DNA from: Octopus sinensis
Taxonomy: Eukaryota
DNA length: 64,000 nt
Assembly: GCF_006345805.1 (NCBI RefSeq)
Contig: NW_021834672.1
Span: 1-64,000 of the forward strand
Direction: 5' to 3'
The notes beneath the pieces are model-generated. The model had not been told where the DNA came from. It was given only the letters and a program-made list of their open reading frames with translations, and did no database searches. Made by a program: the position numbers and the translations under genes. Position 1 is the first letter of the stretch. Each line of letters begins with the position of its first letter. Shown here piece after piece: positions 63,907 through 64,000 of this stretch.

Positions 63907-63920
63907 ATATACAAATATAA
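63907..63920 (-). other. Candidate 14-nt microexon TTATATTTGTATAT
   Basis: Branch point CTAAC, poly-T tract and CAG acceptor, then perfect GTAAGT donor (63906-63901). Confidence 0.5.
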
Positions 63921-64000
63921 ACTGAAAAAAAATGTTAGCAACAAATTTTCCATTTCCCGTCTATAATTTATTACATACGTTTACGTAATAGGTAAGAAAC

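Overview
AT-rich, microsatellite-saturated eukaryotic non-coding DNA. The SINE families and repeat landscape look like an octopus (coleoid cephalopod) genome, which is an inference from recognised repeats. There is no intact long gene, and most six-frame ORFs are translated microsatellites. The window holds many copies of at least four tRNA-headed SINE families (working labels SINE-A to D). It also holds decayed LINEs (two Dong/R4-like 3' ends, RTE, Tx1/L1), DNA-transposon fossils (near full-length DD37D mariner, Tigger/pogo, hAT-like MITEs), two Helitron remnants, Helentron-like pieces and Penelope-like (PLE) termini. A weakly supported minus-strand host gene has candidate exons at 63.9, 61.5, 53.1, 52.6 and 52.2 kb and a motif-rich promoter near 53.2-53.3 kb. 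The most striking signal is RNA-level. Two sequence-divergent ~250-320 bp elements (12.85 kb +, 39.6 kb -) each carry an intact type I hammerhead ribozyme core with the same helix architecture, a palindromic helix III, an unusual C.A pair at the base of helix II and a covarying five-hairpin 3' domain, making them a candidate retrozyme-like family. Several more PLE-type hammerhead remnants are present, one fused to a tRNA-derived SINE head inside a single target-site duplication. All structures were folded by eye and no database search was run.
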